Positions 42,854 through 52,185 of a stretch of 64,000 nt of DNA are shown here, piece after piece. The DNA lies in IMG/VR virus record IMGVR_UViG_3300027782_000078, positions 6,476 to 70,475 of that record. One strand, written 5' to 3'. Source of the stretch: a virus. The notes beneath the pieces were generated by a model. That model was not told where the DNA came from. It did no database searches and saw nothing but the letters and a program-made list of their open reading frames with translations. A program made the translations under genes and the position numbers. How positions within the stretch are numbered: the stretch's first letter is position 1; each line of letters opens with the position of its first letter.

Positions 42854-43441
42854 ATGAGCACGCAGGCATTGTCCGAAGACTCGGTTCGCAAGATCGTTGA
42901 ATTGGCATTACGTGAATTTGCCAGTTCCGATGTCGAAATACAGATCAATTCGTTGCAGCAGGAGGCGCTGCAGATTGACGCCGACATTGAGAATGTCGAA
43001 GCCATGCACGTCAAGTTGTTGCAGATCATCGAAGCGTATCTGCCAGAAGGCGAGGACGGCGAAGTGATCCGGCAGATCATGGAGGAATGGGTCAACCTTG
43101 GCAGGCAGGCAAAGCTTGGCGAGATGATTCTGCGTCGTGATTCATTGTGGCGCTTGACCGAGCAACAGGTTTCGGATTTCTCCAAGAGCGATTCGTTACT
43201 GGATTTTGCGTCTGACTGGTCATCGTTGATTGCCCAGAGGGATCGTCGCGACAATATCGGGACACCCATTATTATCGAGCCACTTCCGGCTGCGGTGATC
43301 GAGGAACTGCCTCCGGCAACCAAGCCATTCTGGGGCAAGGGACCAAACCTGACGGATCATCATGCCAGCGGGGCAATTGCTGGGTTCGTCATGTCGCTGC
43401 TGGTTTGCCTGATCACGCTTTCGGTGCTGCTCGTCCGGTAA
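42854..43441 (+). CDS. Hypothetical protein with C-terminal TM anchor
   Basis: AAGGAGG RBS; hydrophobic C-terminus. Confidence 0.6.
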   Translation: MSTQALSEDSVRKIVELALREFASSDVEIQINSLQQEALQIDADIENVEAMHVKLLQIIEAYLPEGEDGEVIRQIMEEWVNLGRQAKLGEMILRRDSLWRLTEQQVSDFSKSDSLLDFASDWSSLIAQRDRRDNIGTPIIIEPLPAAVIEELPPATKPFWGKGPNLTDHHASGAIAGFVMSLLVCLITLSVLLVR

Positions 43442-43593
43442 CACGGTACGGACGTTTCGGGATACATCCTGATAAAACTAGAAAAAAAGGTAATTCCGTT
43501 ACGGATTATAACGGAGGTTTTTGTAATTTTCGGTTTCTGCAACATTTTTTGCAGAAATTTAACCGAATTGTAATGTGAAGGAGTCCGTTCGGC

Positions 43594-44523
43594 ATGCCTC
43601 CAATTGTTGCGGGAGAAGCCCGTTACCTGTCGAATTCCCAAGTGGAACTGTTGCTGGAATGTTCGTGGAAACACAAGCTCAAGTACATTGACGACATTCC
43701 GGAGCCGATGAACGACCATCTCATTGTTGGCTCTGCGGTTCACAAGGCTGTTGAGGCATATCGTCATGCACAGATTTCTGGTGAGTCATTATTCTGGACT
43801 GAAACCGAGCGAAACGAAATCGTCCGAAAGTCTCTGGACGAAGAATTCGACAAGCTCGTTTCCGATGCACAGAACGGCTATGAGCGTGATGGAAAAATGT
43901 TGCCTCCTCCGGGAATGATCTGGAGCAAAGGCATTCACAAGGAAAATGCCCGCAAGCTCGGGCACAAGCTTGCGGAAGCGTATTTCTATCGCGCGGCGGA
44001 GAGCGACATACCGGGAACGCCGCGTGTTCCTCTTGCGCAAATTGATACTCCGGTTTCCATCGAGGAGGAGTTTTACGTTCCGATTCCGGGAACAAACAAC
44101 TGGCACGCGCGAGGGCGATTCGACATGCGAACCAAGGATGCGCTTGTCGATCTCAAGACGGCGAAGCAGCGCTATTCCCAGCGTGACATGAACAAGAAGA
44201 CCCAGCCGAGTTTCTACCAGTTCGCATGGAGGGAGATGACTGGTGAGTTTCTGCCGGAATTCCGGTATCACTTGCTGATCAAGCCGACACCGACGAACTG
44301 GTCACCGGCATCGGGAGATGCTCCTCCGGAGAGCATGAATGCCTATCGAGCAGCGTTGCAGCGCACTCACCGAATGAGTGCGGAGATCGACTGGTTTGGG
44401 GATTATCTTCGGCGCCAGATACGCCAGATCGAGCTTGGTGCGCAGGTGCCACGACAGAACGCGGATTTCTGCGATTTCTGCGGTGTCGCCCAGTTTTGCA
44501 AGCCGTGGCTGAAAAGGCATTGA
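43594..44523 (+). CDS. PD-(D/E)XK nuclease (RecB/Cas4-like, Fe-S cysteines)
   Basis: LSNSQV...C, GSAVH, GRFD...VDLKT, Q..FY and C-terminal CDFC....C. Confidence 0.88.
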   Translation: MPPIVAGEARYLSNSQVELLLECSWKHKLKYIDDIPEPMNDHLIVGSAVHKAVEAYRHAQISGESLFWTETERNEIVRKSLDEEFDKLVSDAQNGYERDGKMLPPPGMIWSKGIHKENARKLGHKLAEAYFYRAAESDIPGTPRVPLAQIDTPVSIEEEFYVPIPGTNNWHARGRFDMRTKDALVDLKTAKQRYSQRDMNKKTQPSFYQFAWREMTGEFLPEFRYHLLIKPTPTNWSPASGDAPPESMNAYRAALQRTHRMSAEIDWFGDYLRRQIRQIELGAQVPRQNADFCDFCGVAQFCKPWLKRH

Positions 44524-44529
44524 CATCGC

Positions 44530-44558
44530 TTGCGTTTCGTTTCCGGGTGGTGTATGCT
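44530..44558 (+). promoter_or_regulatory. Sigma70-type promoter for ssb
   Basis: TTGCGT-N17-TATGCT. Confidence 0.5.
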
Positions 44559-44622
44559 TGAGGTGTCACAAGGCAGCGCGGTCACAAAGACGAGGCTGCA
44601 GGATGACAAGGGAGGTTTTAGT

Positions 44623-45075
44623 ATGGGTTCCTTGAACAAGATCATGTTGATCGGCAACGTCGGAAAGGATCCGGAGTTGCGCTTCTCGAAGACTGGGGAT
44701 GCGTTCACCACGTTCTCCTTGGCCACTTCGTACAATTACAAGCCTGCTGATGGCGAGCGTCAGGAGCAGACTGAGTGGCACCGCGTCGTGGCATGGCGTC
44801 AGCTTGCAGAGCAGGCTGGAAAGTATGTCAAGAAGGGCCGGAAGGTGTACGTTGAGGGTCGGGTCCAGTCCCGCCAGTATACGGACAACAACAATCTGCC
44901 GAAGACAGCTTACGAGATTGTCGCAACGCAGATCGAGTTCCTTGACTCGCCCAAGGATGCCGTTGCGAGTAATGGCGGATCAGAGATGCCATCGCGTGGC
45001 ACTCATGTTTCCAAGTCGAAGTTCTCTTCCGACGAGGACAACATGCTTGCCGATCTGGACGACCTGCCCTTCTAG
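44623..45075 (+). CDS. ssb: Single-stranded DNA-binding protein
   Basis: LNKIMLIGNVGKDPELR...TEWHRVVAW...VYVEGR; acidic DDLPF tail; GGAGG RBS. Confidence 0.95.
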   Translation: MGSLNKIMLIGNVGKDPELRFSKTGDAFTTFSLATSYNYKPADGERQEQTEWHRVVAWRQLAEQAGKYVKKGRKVYVEGRVQSRQYTDNNNLPKTAYEIVATQIEFLDSPKDAVASNGGSEMPSRGTHVSKSKFSSDEDNMLADLDDLPF

Positions 45076-45098
45076 GGATAAGTGCGGAGAAGGAGAGA

Positions 45099-45133
45099 GG
45101 GGAGGGGTCTTCGGACCTCTCCCCTTTTTTTTT
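45099..45133 (+). terminator. Intrinsic terminator after ssb
   Basis: GC stem with cUUCGg loop and nine Ts. Confidence 0.9.
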
Positions 45134-45194
45134 GTGTCATCACAAAGTCCATGACTGTCATAGTGTTCTGTTATCATTCCAAAAGGAATGATGT

Positions 45195-45551
45195 ATGAAT
45201 ACTGAAAACAATTATGACGAAGTCGTTATTAAAGTTCACGGAAAAGTTCCCGCAATTCCGGATAAAGCTTGCAGGTCATGCAAGAAGCTTCAGGATTGTG
45301 GAATATTGCGGTTTTCCTTGAATTCCATGGATGCCATCGGATTGATTCCGAGAAGTCCTTCGTCATTATCGCATATTTCTGAAATGCCTTTTCCCATGCC
45401 TTGCCGAGGAGAGCAATGGGAAGCCATGCCGTCACGATTGCTTGCCACCAATCCATTGGTGCAGCGACTGGGTCTTGTTGATGTAGGAGAACCCATGATG
45501 GAAAACACACGCTTTTCGGCGGCGCAAGAAGAAAATGAAAAAAAGGTGTGA
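45195..45551 (+). CDS. Hypothetical protein with CxxC
   Basis: 118 aa; AAGGA RBS. Confidence 0.6.
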   Translation: MNTENNYDEVVIKVHGKVPAIPDKACRSCKKLQDCGILRFSLNSMDAIGLIPRSPSSLSHISEMPFPMPCRGEQWEAMPSRLLATNPLVQRLGLVDVGEPMMENTRFSAAQEENEKKV

Positions 45552-46006
45552 CGATTATGGCATGGGAAGAATTGCTGGGAGCGAGCGTCACTGGTGCGGT
45601 ATTTACATTCATTGCGAACATGATCATTTCGATCATACGCAAGTATCGTTCACAGACGACTCAGGAGAATGTTCTTGACAGAAAATTTTCCATAGAGGAA
45701 AAAAAGACACTTACCGAGCAATTCCGTACCTTGCTGAATGCCAGCGAGTCGTATCGTGAAGAGGTCCGGGTGGACATGGCACGCATCAAGAGTGATTTCG
45801 AAGCGTTGCAAGTTCATCATGAACGAGAAATGAACAAAATGAAAATTCATTATGAGTCCGAGATGTCTTCGATGAAACAGAAGATCACCAATTTGACGGA
45901 AGAAGTGCTGTCCTACCGCAGGGAGAACGGTGCATTGCATCTCTTGTTGCAGGACAGGAACATTGAAGTGCCCGATTGGGTCAAGGCTCCGAAAGCAGGA
46001 GAATGA
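45548..46006 (+). CDS. Membrane-anchored coiled-coil protein (possible lysis accessory)
   Basis: One N-terminal TM segment then coiled coil. Confidence 0.55.
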   Translation: MTIMAWEELLGASVTGAVFTFIANMIISIIRKYRSQTTQENVLDRKFSIEEKKTLTEQFRTLLNASESYREEVRVDMARIKSDFEALQVHHEREMNKMKIHYESEMSSMKQKITNLTEEVLSYRRENGALHLLLQDRNIEVPDWVKAPKAGE

Positions 46007-46009
46007 TAA

Positions 46010-47632
46010 ATGGTTACTCCCGCACCCGGATCACGCAGGCTTGATCCAAGAGACCAGAATCTGGAAGAACGGTCCAATCCCGAAGTGCTTGTTTCTCCGG
46101 ATTCCATCCGAAACCGTGACGTACAGCGTCCGGGAGCGCGTGGTGGTCATTTCCGCAGAGTGTGGAGTCCGCGTCTTCACAAGTTCTACATCAAGTATGG
46201 CTCTGCGCCTGAATCCCATGGAGAAGTGAAGAATAGGGAAGCAGACGCAACTGGGCCTGCGTACAAGGAGGACGAGGGAGAGACTCGGGAATTGAAACAG
46301 CGATTTCGCAAGCCTGATCCGCACGGAACGCGCCACCTTGAGGAAGGAATATTCCAGAAGCTTCTTCATCATGTTCAATTTGAAGAGCCTCAGGAAAGCC
46401 GCGATATTACCATAATTCCCGTATCATTTGGAGATATCACTCCGTTGCGAGCGGAGATCATTGTCAATGACAAGATGACCAAGTTCACATTGTTGAACAA
46501 GCGGGGAGAAGAGGTTGATTCGCAAGAGCGGAAAGTTCCCAAGCCAGAAGCTCAGGCACAATTTGTCAGTTTCATGGCGGCTGAATATGTCACTCGCGAG
46601 TATGTTCGCAAGACTACTGAGAAATCGTTGTCGTTGCGCGTATCTGCGCATGAAATTCCTGTGGCTGACGAACTTCGAAAGGCGCTTCTCATGACAAGAC
46701 TGAAGGAATTCACGGGTGCTCCTGATGAAAATGATGATGACAGTGTGGAGTTTTCGGACGATGCATTTCGCAGTCTTGAAAAGAGTATTCGCAGATTAGA
46801 GAACGATACCGTTAGACATTCCATGGATGAGGATGATTTTGAAAATTCCAGATTGAAAAAGGCGGGAATGTCCGACGGGCAGCTAACAGCGAGTCGGTAT
46901 TCGGGAAGGCGTTTCGGGCATGTTGGCAGTGGGCGGAAGTCTCCGCGATTGCCGGGTCGGCCGATTGGATCGAGCAAGGGGGCGAGCATGACTTCGCCGA
47001 ACATGCCGTTCTCGGATTCGTCTACGCCGCAGCCGAGGCCGAAGGCAGCGAGTGCGGAGAACTGGCAACATTCGAAGGCAGTGCGGGTTGGTTCATTCGT
47101 GCTTGTCCAGCATCCGTACCGACATGAAACGCCGATCTGGGCAAGAGTGATTTCGTTGGGTAATCATGGAGTGTGTGTGCAGGAGGATGATGGTCGCCAG
47201 CATTACATTCGGTGGGCAGACATTCACAAGGCCGAGCCTCCGGTGGAGAGCACTCGGGAGAATGCGAAGCATCTGGCGGCGTTGTCAATTCCGGTTGATG
47301 GATTGCCGAAGGTGCCGCATTACCTGAGGCAGCAGGCTGAGGATCGTATTCGCCAGCAGGGTATTCCGCTGTCTCGTGACCAGATTCATTCCAAGCATCC
47401 GGATCGGGTCGAGACCTACTCGCATCTGATCGAGAGTGCCGTTCCCGTGGATCACATCGAGGCAACAACGCTGACGACACCGAGTGATGCAATCCTTGAT
47501 CCATACAAGCGGAATATCATTCAGCAGGCACTTGCACAGCAATTACCGATTTCACCAGAATTGCTGGAAAAATTGCCACTAGAAAAAATTGTTGAAGTAC
47601 TCAGTTATCATTTCCAGAACAAGAATACCTAA
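46010..47632 (+). CDS. Hypothetical protein, putative internal head protein
   Basis: 540 aa; TEKS, LRKA, LEKS, LKKA, HSKA motifs. Confidence 0.65.
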   Translation: MVTPAPGSRRLDPRDQNLEERSNPEVLVSPDSIRNRDVQRPGARGGHFRRVWSPRLHKFYIKYGSAPESHGEVKNREADATGPAYKEDEGETRELKQRFRKPDPHGTRHLEEGIFQKLLHHVQFEEPQESRDITIIPVSFGDITPLRAEIIVNDKMTKFTLLNKRGEEVDSQERKVPKPEAQAQFVSFMAAEYVTREYVRKTTEKSLSLRVSAHEIPVADELRKALLMTRLKEFTGAPDENDDDSVEFSDDAFRSLEKSIRRLENDTVRHSMDEDDFENSRLKKAGMSDGQLTASRYSGRRFGHVGSGRKSPRLPGRPIGSSKGASMTSPNMPFSDSSTPQPRPKAASAENWQHSKAVRVGSFVLVQHPYRHETPIWARVISLGNHGVCVQEDDGRQHYIRWADIHKAEPPVESTRENAKHLAALSIPVDGLPKVPHYLRQQAEDRIRQQGIPLSRDQIHSKHPDRVETYSHLIESAVPVDHIEATTLTTPSDAILDPYKRNIIQQALAQQLPISPELLEKLPLEKIVEVLSYHFQNKNT

Positions 47633-47646
47633 CAAGGACCATACCG

Positions 47647-48018
47647 ATGATGGATAGCAACAATGTCGAAACGTGGGAGATCACCTTGCCGGACGGAACG
47701 CGGATTGCGGATGAGATCGAGTACCGGTATGCGATGGATGTTACGGGAATCGTCTTGTCTCCGTACCTGAATCGCCGTGTCATCACTCATCCCGATGAGA
47801 CCATCGATGTGGTTCCAGTCCCTGAGAACTTCAAGCAGAATCGTGCCGATCTGGAACAGTTGTGCAAGGAGTGGAAAGAGGCAGAGCAGGTGTTCAGCAA
47901 GAGAATCGAGGTACGGGAGAACCTGTATCCGTTGTACAAGATCTGGCTGGAAGAACACCTGAAGGGAAATGCGCTTTCCTCGCTCCTCTTCGCTTCGGCG
48001 GCAAAAAAAGAAACCTAG
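47647..48018 (+). CDS. Hypothetical protein
   Basis: 123 aa; AAGGA RBS. Confidence 0.6.
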   Translation: MMDSNNVETWEITLPDGTRIADEIEYRYAMDVTGIVLSPYLNRRVITHPDETIDVVPVPENFKQNRADLEQLCKEWKEAEQVFSKRIEVRENLYPLYKIWLEEHLKGNALSSLLFASAAKKET

Positions 48019-48044
48019 AATGTTGCTCCCTCTCACCAAAACCA

Positions 48045-48293
48045 ATGAAAACCACTATAGAGATACCACGAAACGGAAAACTCCACCGCATCCAGTTACG
48101 GTATCACGGAGATCACTTGATCACGACAGGATGGGCTGCAAGACGCATGACCATCCGTCCCTCGGAACACGGCTGGATGTGCGCATCTGACGGATTGCCC
48201 TCAACCTACGGGCCAACCATCCGCTCTGTCGTGCTGTCCATGATGCATGCCATCGCACGCTTTCATGAACAGCACGGACGAAAGGTGCTATAG
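48045..48293 (+). CDS. Hypothetical protein
   Basis: ATG 48045 within the 47862-48293 frame; weak RBS. Confidence 0.4.
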   Translation: MKTTIEIPRNGKLHRIQLRYHGDHLITTGWAARRMTIRPSEHGWMCASDGLPSTYGPTIRSVVLSMMHAIARFHEQHGRKVL

Positions 48294-48506
48294 CGGACGA
48301 ATCCGCGTCGCCTTCATGTTGCGTGCAGATTTCTGCATTGGAAAGATCAGTTCCTTTTCGTAGGACACGCGCTGGTTCATGTAGAGCCGCTCGAATCCTC
48401 CGCTGACAACCGATTCCGAGAAGAATGGCACCGTCATGCCGTCATCTCCAAGCACTCTTCCGAATTGCCTGTCCATGTCCATCTCCACAATTGTTCCATG
48501 ATGCAT
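48288..48506 (-). CDS. Cold-shock-domain-like protein
   Basis: GTIV...RQFG.V..DDG..V.F..E.V...GF..L...QRVSYE; AAGGA RBS. Confidence 0.65.
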   Translation of the reverse strand: MHHGTIVEMDMDRQFGRVLGDDGMTVPFFSESVVSGGFERLYMNQRVSYEKELIFPMQKSARNMKATRIRPL

Positions 48507-48844
48507 TTCCTTGTTCCTTTCAATATCAAAACCCCCCATCCACAACAGGCGGATGAGGGGTCTTGACAATCGGATTCCCGCATTTCCACTTCATCGTTAT
48601 CATGAAGCAGTGGCTTGGACTCCACTTCATCATCGTATCATCGCGCCAGCCAGATTGTCAAGGTTTGATTCTTCTCAATATCCCGATACATCTTTCCGGA
48701 TTTATTATTGTTACGGGGTGTTCTTTGTGTTGCGATCTTCCCCAATGCTGCGGGGTGTTCTTTGTGTTACGGGTCAAACCCCTCCCGTTCTCCCGTGCGC
48801 GTACGGGAAAAATTTCGTATAATGAAGTATAGGAGGAATGCATA

Positions 48845-49414
48845 ATGCGTATTTGGCTCACAGTGGTGGCATTTGTGGGAATAGTGCTGGGAAAGACGTA
48901 TCAGGCATTTTTCGAAGGAATGACGTTATCCCTGAAGAAGGGACGTGGTGAGGGAACAGAGGTTTCTGCGTTACAGATGATGGGACAGCAGAACATGATG
49001 TTGATACAGGGGTTGATTGAAGCAAACAAGAGTATCATGAAGGAGTTGGTATTTGAGGCAGTAGACAAGGATGATGAGAAGTCGCATGAGATTTCGTGCA
49101 AGACCGAGCATATTGATGTGGTGCGGGCGATGATGGATAATGATGCAGAGTCGATTGTGCGTGAAGTGGCGTCATGGGCACACGGAGTACTGGGGCAGTA
49201 TGACTTGAAGTTGCGTTCGGTGTCATTGGAGCCGGAGATGTCGTCTGATCCGGGAATGAGGACAAACGACATTGCGTTGATATTCCACGTAACGGGAATT
49301 GGGGATGATGCGTTGCGGTTTCAGGCAGAGGCATCGCGGAAGTTACGGGAGATTGTGCAGTCATCCGATGTCAAGTCGGGTGAGATTCTGCGTACCGATG
49401 TACGTTGGAATTAA
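48845..49414 (+). CDS. Hypothetical protein with N-terminal hydrophobic segment
   Basis: TATAAT box and AGGAGG RBS upstream. Confidence 0.65.
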   Translation: MRIWLTVVAFVGIVLGKTYQAFFEGMTLSLKKGRGEGTEVSALQMMGQQNMMLIQGLIEANKSIMKELVFEAVDKDDEKSHEISCKTEHIDVVRAMMDNDAESIVREVASWAHGVLGQYDLKLRSVSLEPEMSSDPGMRTNDIALIFHVTGIGDDALRFQAEASRKLREIVQSSDVKSGEILRTDVRWN

Positions 49415-49444
49415 ATAAAAACATAATGTTGATATAAAAAGAAA

Positions 49445-49506
49445 ACATAAATGCCCCGAAACGTCGCGTTTTGCCGGGAAAACGTGACGCTCCGGGGCAT
49501 TTATGT
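49445..49506. terminator. Long inverted repeat between convergent genes
   Basis: ACATAAATGCCCCG...CGGGGCATTTATGT with inner stem. Confidence 0.7.
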
Positions 49507-49528
49507 CTAATATGATGAATTCTTTTAA

Positions 49529-49939
49529 TTATTCAATCATGAATTGTGGATCACAGACACCCGAAGCGCAGGTAAGTTTGCTGCAGGTGGGAAGTTTGCG
49601 ATGGACGATATAGGCCATGGTGCGCATGAGCGAGGATTGTTGTTGTTCGGTGAGGCCGTCGATGTGATGGATGGCCATGGAGATGGCGCGACGGAGACCC
49701 ATGAGGCGAATGGAGGCATCATCCAGCGGAGGCTTTTCCATGCCGAAGTACCATTGGGATGCGCAGTATTCGATTCCCTGCCGCGTTGACAGCGTGGTGG
49801 CGTATCGCAGGGTTGTTTCGATGAGATGAAACGACGGCCATTTGCGACAATAGGATTTCCACTGGCGATTGAGACTTTCGTCATCATCGCCTTCCGGCTC
49901 GAAGCGGTCAGCAGTCAACATGGTGAAATCCGTTGACAT
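49529..49939 (-). CDS. Hypothetical protein
   Basis: AGGAGG RBS; ATG 49939. Confidence 0.6.
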   Translation of the reverse strand: MSTDFTMLTADRFEPEGDDDESLNRQWKSYCRKWPSFHLIETTLRYATTLSTRQGIEYCASQWYFGMEKPPLDDASIRLMGLRRAISMAIHHIDGLTEQQQSSLMRTMAYIVHRKLPTCSKLTCASGVCDPQFMIE

Positions 49940-49941
49940 TC

Positions 49942-50268
49942 CTATTCCTCCTGTGTTTCTTTCTTGTCCTGCATGCGCCACGGCACGGGACGGCGGCCGC
50001 GGGTGCTACTCTGGGGAAGCATGATATACTCGATGATATCCTCGCGTCGCATGTAGAGGGACTTCTTGTTGATGCCGCCGATCCACAGGCCGGAGAGCTT
50101 CTTGGTCAGGACGGCGTCACGCAGTGCGGTACGGCTTACTCCATACCGGTCCATTGCGTCATACAGGGAGAGCATGTCTTCCATGTTCTCTCCTTCGACG
50201 AGTTGGACGCGGTCCTTCATTTCTTCTGGCGTGCGTGTGGGCTTGGATATGGTGTCAGAGGTACGCAT
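49942..50268 (-). CDS. Excisionase/MerR-like HTH DNA-binding protein
   Basis: LSLYDAMDRYGVSRTALRDAV...LYMRREDI pattern; AAGGAG RBS. Confidence 0.65.
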   Translation of the reverse strand: MRTSDTISKPTRTPEEMKDRVQLVEGENMEDMLSLYDAMDRYGVSRTALRDAVLTKKLSGLWIGGINKKSLYMRREDIIEYIMLPQSSTRGRRPVPWRMQDKKETQEE

Positions 50269-50292
50269 CTTATTCTCCTTGGAGGTTGTTGA

Positions 50293-50712
50293 GTGGAAAA
50301 GCATCAGGCGATGGTACGGGAGTTCATGCAGGTCTTCGGACAGGAAACACCGGAGTCCTTTTCGCCGGACAGGTTTCCCAAGTCATTGCGGGCAAACCTG
50401 ATCATTGAGGAAGTGAAAGAGTTGGTTGCGGCGATTAACGCAGAGGACTGGGTCGAAGTCGTTGACGCACTGTGTGACATTCTGTATGTCACGTATGGTG
50501 CGGCAGTCGCACTTGGTGTAGACATCGAACCATTCCTTGCGGAAGTGCACCGTTCCAACATGTCGAAGCTTGATCCCGAAACCGGACGGCCAATCTACCG
50601 TGAGGACGGCAAGGTCATCAAGCCGCCCACATGGTCACCACCAGATCTTGTCCGCATTCTTCTTTTGCAAACATCACGGGACTTCCTGAATTCCGCGATG
50701 AATGAATTGTAA
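50293..50712 (+). CDS. MazG/PRA-PH-like NTP pyrophosphohydrolase
   Basis: LIIEEVKEL...VDALCDILYVTYG...EVHRSNMSK...REDGKVIKP. Confidence 0.88.
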   Translation: MEKHQAMVREFMQVFGQETPESFSPDRFPKSLRANLIIEEVKELVAAINAEDWVEVVDALCDILYVTYGAAVALGVDIEPFLAEVHRSNMSKLDPETGRPIYREDGKVIKPPTWSPPDLVRILLLQTSRDFLNSAMNEL

Positions 50713-50730
50713 CGGTTTCGTCTCTACGTG

Positions 50731-51573
50731 TCAACTCGTCGTCGGGGGTAGCTCGGGTTTGTAGCCCATTGCCATGCAGGTTCGCATGATGAGCATCCGC
50801 ACTCTCTGGAGACTGCGGATGCCTCCCTCATGGCATCGTAGCGTGCGTCGACTCATTCCTGTTTTCTTTGCCAGTTTGGTCTGACTGAGATTCAGGTCTG
50901 TGCGGGCACGGAGAATGTCGTCGGCAGATGGCCAGTCCGGATCGTTGACAACGAACTCGGAAACTGGTTCGACGATGTCTCCCTCCCGTGTGGCAGGAAG
51001 TGGATCGGAACGAATGGGTGCTGGCTTTTTCGGGCCAGTAGAAAAAAGATACCGTGTGGTCATTCCGATGTTGCCACCGAAATGACGGTCAGCAATTTCC
51101 ACCAGTTTCTCATGTTCCTCTGCGTTGACACGAATCATGATGGTGCAGACGGAATCGCGATCCGGTGGCGCTACCGAATCGTTGACAGGCTTGCGCAGCG
51201 CAAGTCGCAACACTTCAACAGCCAGTTCGTTGACGAGCGTGCTGCGTGCCTGCAGGCGCTTGTAGGTAGTGACGGGAATGAGTGCGGAGATGAGCCGTGA
51301 TGGCCTTGGCTGCGTAGACAGCAGAACCTTTCCGAGCTCAGGCCGGACATGCTGGTAATGATCCGTTGACTCAGTCCACTTTGAGAAATCGATGTTCTCT
51401 GAGGAAGACTTCCTTGTCAATGGAGTAGATTTTTTCTCTATGTTGATGGACCAGCTTCGATAGGCTGCGGACCCTGAGGCTGGTTCCGTTTTTGTTGACG
51501 CCGACGATTTTGCGGATGTGCCCTTTGTGGCTTTTGGTTCTGGTTTCCCAGATGCTGCCGATCTCGGGTTCAT
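50731..51573 (-). CDS. Transcriptional regulator (ribbon-helix-helix-like segments plus C-terminal XRE HTH); true start probably downstream of 51371
   Basis: ILRARTDLNLSQTKLAKKTGMSRRTLRCHEGG HTH; 5' part overlaps another credible ORF. Confidence 0.65.
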   Translation of the reverse strand: MNPRSAASGKPEPKATKGTSAKSSASTKTEPASGSAAYRSWSINIEKKSTPLTRKSSSENIDFSKWTESTDHYQHVRPELGKVLLSTQPRPSRLISALIPVTTYKRLQARSTLVNELAVEVLRLALRKPVNDSVAPPDRDSVCTIMIRVNAEEHEKLVEIADRHFGGNIGMTTRYLFSTGPKKPAPIRSDPLPATREGDIVEPVSEFVVNDPDWPSADDILRARTDLNLSQTKLAKKTGMSRRTLRCHEGGIRSLQRVRMLIMRTCMAMGYKPELPPTTS

Positions 51574-51625
51574 ACGTCGTGATTACCTCGCTCTCCGGTT
51601 TGTTGACAAATCTTCGTTGACCCAT
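51371..51625 (-). CDS. Hypothetical protein
   Basis: GGAGCAGGA RBS; globular-looking 84 aa. Confidence 0.55.
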   Translation of the reverse strand: MGQRRFVNKPESEVITTYEPEIGSIWETRTKSHKGHIRKIVGVNKNGTSLRVRSLSKLVHQHREKIYSIDKEVFLREHRFLKVD

Positions 51626-51675
51626 TGTCCTGCTCCATCGGAAATGTTTCTGTTGACAATCATTCGTTGACAGTA

Positions 51676-52077
51676 TCAGAAACTGAATGTCTTTGGAACG
51701 GTTACCCAGAATCCGTAGTCACCGGATCCTTCCTCGCGAATTCCAAAGCGGTAATTGGGAGGACAGTGTTCGTTGATACTCTGGATGACTTTCGGCATTG
51801 CCCGAGTCTCGGTCTCGAATTCCCACGCGATCATCGCATAGGCCGTCATCTTGTTCTCTGTTGTCATCGCCGTCTCGGCAGTGATCTCCTTTCCTCGCAA
51901 GGCAAGGAAGATATAGAAATCAATATGATTCACCACCCTTTCGAACAACTCGTCATTGGTGATGTAATCCGCACAGGCAAGCAACTGTTCTGCCGGTCCC
52001 ATCTTTTTCGTGAACACTGTTCCCTGCGAGGGAATTGCATCCAGTGCAATCAGTCGTCCTTCATCTGTTGACATCAT
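51676..52077 (-). CDS. Hypothetical protein
   Basis: GGAGG RBS right after tRNA-Leu; FG..EG.GDYGFW motif. Confidence 0.65.
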   Translation of the reverse strand: MMSTDEGRLIALDAIPSQGTVFTKKMGPAEQLLACADYITNDELFERVVNHIDFYIFLALRGKEITAETAMTTENKMTAYAMIAWEFETETRAMPKVIQSINEHCPPNYRFGIREEGSGDYGFWVTVPKTFSF

Positions 52078-52086
52078 GCCTCCAAG

Positions 52087-52172
52087 TGCCGGAAGTGGGA
52101 GTCGAACCCACACGGCGGATTAGCCGCCTCCTGATTTTAAGTCAGGTATGTCTGCCATTTCATCATTCCGGC
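52087..52172 (-). tRNA. tRNA-Leu(UAA)
   Basis: CCTGA-CTTAAAA-TCAGG arm; long variable arm; no intron. Confidence 0.92.
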
Positions 52173-52185
52173 ATGTGCCTGCTAC

